The notes beneath the pieces were generated by a model. That model ran no database searches. It saw only the letters and a program-made list of their open reading frames with translations, and was not told the origin of the DNA. A stretch of 64,000 bases of DNA from Candidatus Kapaibacterium sp. (GTDB taxonomy: Bacteria; Bacteroidota; Ignavibacteria; Kapaibacteriales; HRBIN21). The stretch covers positions 115,039 to 179,038 of the forward strand of contig CALKEU010000007.1 of assembly GCA_938084565.1 (NCBI GenBank). Reading direction: 5' to 3'. Shown piece by piece: positions 59,817-64,000 of the stretch (position 1 is its first letter; the number at the start of each line of letters is the position of its first letter). Position numbers and translations under genes: made by a program.

Positions 59817-60287
59817 TCACCATCGGACACTCACAAGCACCCCCGATGGCGAAGGTAGCAGACTCAAACGCTCCCCAACCTCGAAAGCCGCAAGATGAGC
59901 CTCCACATATGCATCGATGGCCGCCAGCACGTATGCGGCTATCCACACAGCAAGGGCCATATCCCGCCGTTCCACGAACATCGTACGGTATGCCCGGAGA
60001 AGGGCAATCGTCTGCGCCGGTTCTCCCTGCGCGAGCGCTTGTTCCAGCTGCCGCTGATAGTGTATATAGCGCCGCTGGTTGAGCACTGTCAAGTACGCCC
60101 CTACAGCATTGCCCACCGCGAAGATAGGCGCCTTCCAATATGCCTCCACGTAGAGCTGCCCCCAACCGGGAAGGAGCAGCGAACGCAACACCGCACCGAA
60201 GGGGGATTTCCTGGCTATTGAATCGGCTGCTGGAACTGCTTCCTCTGCGTGCGCTCTTGCCACCCCCACGACGACGAGACTGAGCAC
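59817..60287 (-). CDS. DUF5683-like membrane protein; start uncertain
   Basis: KSPFGAVLRSLLLPGWGQLY..WKAP..IDAYVEAHL; no in-frame ATG, GTG 60287 assumed. Confidence 0.7.
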   Translation of the reverse strand: MLSLVVVGVARAHAEEAVPAADSIARKSPFGAVLRSLLLPGWGQLYVEAYWKAPIFAVGNAVGAYLTVLNQRRYIHYQRQLEQALAQGEPAQTIALLRAYRTMFVERRDMALAVWIAAYVLAAIDAYVEAHLAAFEVGERLSLLPSPSGVLVSVRW

Positions 60288-60320
60288 GCAAATCAGCAGT
60301 CGTCCCCTCTGCGCACGATG

Positions 60321-60404
60321 TGCCCGGCGCAGGACTCGAACCTGCACGCCCTTGCGGGCACTACACCCTGAATGTAGCGCGTCTACCACTTCCGCCAGCC
60401 GGGC
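60321..60404 (-). tRNA. tRNA-Leu(CAG)
   Basis: GCCCGGC acceptor stem, anticodon arm CTACA-TTCAGGG-TGTAG, variable arm, GTTCGAG; no encoded CCA. Confidence 0.95.
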
Positions 60405-60408
60405 AGTG

Positions 60409-60497
60409 CGGAGAGGGTGGGATTCGAACCCACGGTGCCCCAGAAAGGGCACAACGGTTTTCGAGACCGCCCCGTTCAACCACTCCGGCACCTCTCC
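60409..60497 (-). tRNA. tRNA-Ser(CGA)
   Basis: GGAGAGG acceptor stem, GCGGT-CTCGAAA-ACCGT, long variable arm, GTTCGAATCC, G discriminator; no encoded CCA. Confidence 0.95.
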
Positions 60498-60507
60498 AGG
60501 AGCATTA

Positions 60508-60515
60508 CAAAATTA
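60508..60515 (-). promoter_or_regulatory. Putative TAnnTTTG promoter element for the tRNA pair
   Basis: TAATTTTG about 11 nt upstream of the tRNA-Ser 5' end. Confidence 0.65.
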
Positions 60516-60538
60516 CAGCTCCTCCCTCAGCCACGGGC

Positions 60539-61009
60539 TCAATGGTGATGCTCTGGCAGTGTCGGCCGTCGTCTTGGCTGCTGAGACCGGCCTACCGGAC
60601 ATGCTATTTGCTGCCAGCCTGCCTGCGCAAATCGCAGACGCAGCTCTATGGTATCGCCTGGCCGCAACACTTGCTGCAGATCGTACAGCATAATGTGCAA
60701 TCCGCCGGGACGCAAGATGACAGAATCACGCCCTCCAATCACTATACGCTCGACCTTCCGCATCTGCATCCGTCCCTGGGGATCTCGTACGGTTTCATGG
60801 AGTTCAACCCGAGCCGCCTGTGCCGAGGTAACTTCCAAGAGCGTGTCCGCCTTCGCCCCGTTGTTGACAATGACTCCATAGGCTGCGCTGGGAATCGCCC
60901 TTCCGGCCGGACGCGCCCAGAAATCTCTGAACTGCAGCACTGACTCCACTGCCGCAAGACTTCCACCACTGAGTACACTCACCAAACACAGCACCTGCCA
61001 TCCCCTCAT
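60539..61009 (-). CDS. PCu(A)C copper chaperone
   Basis: WARP..SAAY, ELHET..MQM..PGGLHIML. Confidence 0.9.
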   Translation of the reverse strand: MRGWQVLCLVSVLSGGSLAAVESVLQFRDFWARPAGRAIPSAAYGVIVNNGAKADTLLEVTSAQAARVELHETVRDPQGRMQMRKVERIVIGGRDSVILRPGGLHIMLYDLQQVLRPGDTIELRLRFAQAGWQQIACPVGRSQQPRRRPTLPEHHH

Positions 61010-61584
61010 TGCTGATGCCTCAACTGTTGGACATCTCGTACCACCTGTGCAATCGGAGCATCCGTACCCGTATACCGCTTGCGAATCCGACCTGCCCCAT
61101 CGACCAGAAATAAAACGTCGGAGTGGGCAAAAAAGTACGAAACACCTCCGTCGGTAAACTCCGTTGGGGTCCGCTGCACCACGACACCGAACTGCTGGAC
61201 CAACTGCTCCACCACCTCCGGCTTGCCACTACAGAGGACAAAACCCGGCTCAGGAAGCTGGTGCGCCTCGGCAAATTCCCGCAAGCGCTCAGGGCTATCC
61301 CGCTCCGGATCGAAGGAAATCATCACGGCCCGAACTCCACGGGTCTCCGGCAGAGCTTGCCAAATCTGCACCATACGCTGGGCAATCAGGGGGCAGATAT
61401 CGGGGCACTGCACATAGAAGAATGCCACCAGCAGGACTTCGCCACGCAAATCCTGCGGGAAGTTGATGAGCTTCCCCTGTTGAGTCCAGAGATAATGGGA
61501 GCCTTGCACCACGCCCTGCTCTGCCTGGCAGCCGAGAAGCGCCGATATAACCACCACTGCCCCTATCCTGCTGGACAAGGGCAT
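61006..61584 (-). CDS. SCO-family copper chaperone lipoprotein
   Basis: Lipobox LLGC, CPDIC, ISFDPERD, AHS; alternative GTG start 61608. Confidence 0.9.
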   Translation of the reverse strand: MPLSSRIGAVVVISALLGCQAEQGVVQGSHYLWTQQGKLINFPQDLRGEVLLVAFFYVQCPDICPLIAQRMVQIWQALPETRGVRAVMISFDPERDSPERLREFAEAHQLPEPGFVLCSGKPEVVEQLVQQFGVVVQRTPTEFTDGGVSYFFAHSDVLFLVDGAGRIRKRYTGTDAPIAQVVRDVQQLRHQQ

Positions 61585-61626
61585 ATTAGTCCCTTTAACC
61601 GCTATCACTCTCCTCCCGCACTCGCC

Positions 61627-63393
61627 CTACTCGGCTGATTCCTTCAGCTGCTTTTCCGGAATATTGTACTCCGGCAAATAGGCCGGTGCTGGCTTAAAGC
61701 TGCTGCGTGTTACATCGTAGAGTACAGGCGTATAGGAGACCACGATGAGCACAACTGCAGCCGCAATCCATGGGGCCAAGCGATTGAGTGCTCGCACTGG
61801 CTCATCATGGTATGCTTCAGCGACAGGGAGCTCTACTTGCGCCTCCTTCACTCGCCGAGACACCAGCGTGGCAAAGAAGGCCACGAAATACAGCACCGCC
61901 GCACTAAACATGATTATGCCACCAACCATGGCAATGTCCGCATATGGTGCCCAGTCTGCACGGAAGAAGGCCGTCCCCTGCATGTCCGGATTCAACGCGC
62001 CAGCTCCAAGATAGGTTCGCCGTGGCATGCCCTGCAGCCCACCGCGCATCATTCCCCACGAGAAGATCAAAACCCCAATCAACCAAAGGTAGGGCACAGC
62101 CACGACGAGAGACTTGAGACGAACTTCCTTCCCACTGAGCTGCGCAACCAAAAACAGGCTCATGCCTAAAATAGCCAAGAACACTGGGCTTCCTACCGTC
62201 AGGTGGAAGTGTCCCGGTACCCACGATGTGTTGTGCACTGCCAAATTCAAATTGTACGAGGCATTCACAATGCCCGAAATCCCACCGAAGATGAAAATGA
62301 TGAGCCCTGCAATCCAGTAACCAAACACCCAGCGCTCCCGATCAAAGTAGGGAAGCCGAAACATCCATCCAAAGAGCCCCCGTGCCCCCCGTTGCCGGGC
62401 GGCATACTCAAGCGAGGCAGCGACAGTGAAGGCCGTAATTAAGCTCGGAAGCGCAACGGCATACGTCAGAAAAGTATGCACAAGCTTCCACTGCGTTCCA
62501 ATCCCTGGATCAGCGAACTGATGATGCGCCCCCACCGGGATGGAAAACAGGATAAACATCACGAACACCAGACGCCCCGCTGCATCGCTGAAAAGCTTCC
62601 CCCCCGCTACCTTGGGAAGCATGACGTAGTACATCACGTATGCAGGTAACAACCAGAAGTACACCAACGGATGCCCAAAGAACCAGAAGAGCGCCCGGGC
62701 TAGTGGCACATCCACGCCCTCTGTCCACCCCAGCGACCACGGTAGCAAGAGGAACAGTACCTCCACTGCTACCGCCAGCGTAGCAATGAGCCACACGATA
62801 AAGGTAACCAACATTCCCATAACGGCTAAGGGGACTTTCTCGCCAGGGTGTTCGCGACGCCACCGTCGGTACAGCGGAATCCAATTAGCCCCACCAATCC
62901 ATGACCCCACAATGAGCAAAGCCGCTCCAAGGTAAAATGTCGGATGCGCCTTGAGGGGCGGATAAAAGGTATAGAGTACCGACGCCTGCCCCGTAAACAT
63001 TGCAAAGGCTGCTAAAGCAACCCCCACGAGCATGATGATGGCTGACAACCACCCCACGCGCGTGTTCAAGGGCAGCTTCAGAAAGTAGGGAACGACGACG
63101 TTGCCAAATGCTATAGCGAAAAAGGTGGTCAACACAATTGCATTGAGCACGCCATGCAGGGTCAAGCCCCAGTAGTACATAATCGAGCTCTGCCAGTCGA
63201 TATTCCTCAAGGCCTCAATCCCAAAGAGATTGCCAATGGTGCTCATCAGCACCTTCAAGAGCGGATCATAGTGTAACACCCCCGCCCGAAAGAGCACCTG
63301 CATCAGCCCTCCGTAAATGCCGATTACGAGTAACACGAGGGGCACCACCAATTCAGTCCGAATCAAGTTCCGATACGAGCGCGTCAGTTCCAT
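61627..63393 (-). CDS. cbaA: B-family (ba3-type) heme-copper oxidase subunit I
   Basis: LTLHG, YTFYPPL, WFFGHPLVYFWLLP (His-Tyr), HHQF, GHFHL, PRR. Confidence 0.92.
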   Translation of the reverse strand: MELTRSYRNLIRTELVVPLVLLVIGIYGGLMQVLFRAGVLHYDPLLKVLMSTIGNLFGIEALRNIDWQSSIMYYWGLTLHGVLNAIVLTTFFAIAFGNVVVPYFLKLPLNTRVGWLSAIIMLVGVALAAFAMFTGQASVLYTFYPPLKAHPTFYLGAALLIVGSWIGGANWIPLYRRWRREHPGEKVPLAVMGMLVTFIVWLIATLAVAVEVLFLLLPWSLGWTEGVDVPLARALFWFFGHPLVYFWLLPAYVMYYVMLPKVAGGKLFSDAAGRLVFVMFILFSIPVGAHHQFADPGIGTQWKLVHTFLTYAVALPSLITAFTVAASLEYAARQRGARGLFGWMFRLPYFDRERWVFGYWIAGLIIFIFGGISGIVNASYNLNLAVHNTSWVPGHFHLTVGSPVFLAILGMSLFLVAQLSGKEVRLKSLVVAVPYLWLIGVLIFSWGMMRGGLQGMPRRTYLGAGALNPDMQGTAFFRADWAPYADIAMVGGIIMFSAAVLYFVAFFATLVSRRVKEAQVELPVAEAYHDEPVRALNRLAPWIAAAVVLIVVSYTPVLYDVTRSSFKPAPAYLPEYNIPEKQLKESAE

Positions 63394-63407
63394 GGCCCTC
63401 CCCTGTC

Positions 63408-63851
63408 CTACTGTTGTACAACCCGGATGACGCCCATCATTTGCTGGTGTCCAATGCCACAATATTCGTGGCAGACAATCAGGTACTCACCTGCCTTCGG
63501 AAAGCGCACCCGTCCATACGTCACTGTCCCTGGCACCGCCATGAGATTGAGATTGGTCCCATCAATGTGAAAACCATGCAGGACGTCCCCCGCCGTCAGG
63601 TAAACGTCCACTTCGGCTCCGGCCGGCAGTACCACCGATGGCATCTGATACGACCACATGCGCGCAATGACATGCAGTTCATAGCGCCCGTCTGCCCTCT
63701 GGAAAAATGTATCTCGCTCGAATGGCTTCACATCAGTCACACAGCCAGGAACATCCACGCCAAACCCCGTTGCCAGAACGAGCACAGCAAGGAAGAATAT
63801 GGCCATAACAGCTACCCCGAGCCCGAGTGTCAAGCGTTCCATCCGTTCCAT
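63408..63851 (-). CDS. cbaB: ba3-type oxidase subunit II (CuA)
   Basis: Single TM, DVLHGF, CHEYCGIGHQQM; SD AGGAGGT. Confidence 0.92.
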   Translation of the reverse strand: MERMERLTLGLGVAVMAIFFLAVLVLATGFGVDVPGCVTDVKPFERDTFFQRADGRYELHVIARMWSYQMPSVVLPAGAEVDVYLTAGDVLHGFHIDGTNLNLMAVPGTVTYGRVRFPKAGEYLIVCHEYCGIGHQQMMGVIRVVQQ

Positions 63852-63854
63852 GGC

Positions 63855-63968
63855 TCACCTCCTTCCGAGAACTTGGAAGTATACCGATGCCCACAGCACA
63901 CCGTAGAAGAGCAGCATCAATACGAAGAAAGCTACCGCCCCATACGGCTTGAAGTCCTTCTGCTCCAT
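63855..63968 (-). CDS. cbaD: ba3-type oxidase subunit IIa (37 aa)
   Basis: MEQKDFKPYGAVAFFVLMLLFYGVLWASVYFQVLGRR: single helix with KPxGA..W..VY pattern, SD GAGGT, directly upstream of cbaB. Confidence 0.85.
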   Translation of the reverse strand: MEQKDFKPYGAVAFFVLMLLFYGVLWASVYFQVLGRR

Positions 63969-64000
63969 GGCACCTCACCCTCTAGTTTGACGCCGCCAAA

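Noticed and set aside
59780..59850. Tn7-like insertion at the glmS 3' end
   Set aside because: glmS directly abuts an intact convergent gene, and no tns genes or element ends are visible.
60288..60491. N-terminal extension of the 224-aa ORF 59817..60491
   Set aside because: It is the translation of two well-formed tRNA genes and unlikely to be protein.
63981..64000. TTTGACGCCGCCAAA as an FNR box upstream of cbaD
   Set aside because: Poor match to TTGAT-N4-ATCAA and cut by the window edge; the CAAA fits a truncated promoter element equally well.
1..64000. CRISPR arrays, IS elements, rRNA or defence islands
   Set aside because: No regularly spaced direct repeats, transposase motifs or long non-coding tracts seen; nearly all bases are explained by CDSs.

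Overview
Gene-dense, GC-rich bacterial chromosomal segment with about 54 CDSs, 2 tRNAs and almost no intergenic DNA. I saw no mobile elements, prophage genes or CRISPR arrays. T9SS-type C-terminal domains, PorU/PorV-like genes and TAnnTTTG promoter motifs, together with clear Shine-Dalgarno sites, suggest an FCB-group organism such as Kapabacteria or an Ignavibacteria relative (inference). Content: a porU-porV-like locus; a serine-palmitoyltransferase-like/SDR/PorV-like operon; tilS-hpt-ftsH-murB; copper HMA/CopA genes; two histidine kinases; an isolated nuoAB; a DUF1800-DUF1501 pair; purD; a stand-alone rpsD; ruvA, dnaE, ribD, xerC and glmS; tRNA-Ser and tRNA-Leu; and a B-family (ba3-type) oxidase operon whose 37-aa subunit IIa is missing from the ORF track. 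The most unusual items are a ~225-aa repeat domain fused to the FtsH C-terminus, the SPT-SDR coupling, a Tat+T9SS DUF1501 and a 12-repeat secreted solenoid protein. All family assignments come from recognising motifs by eye, without database searches.
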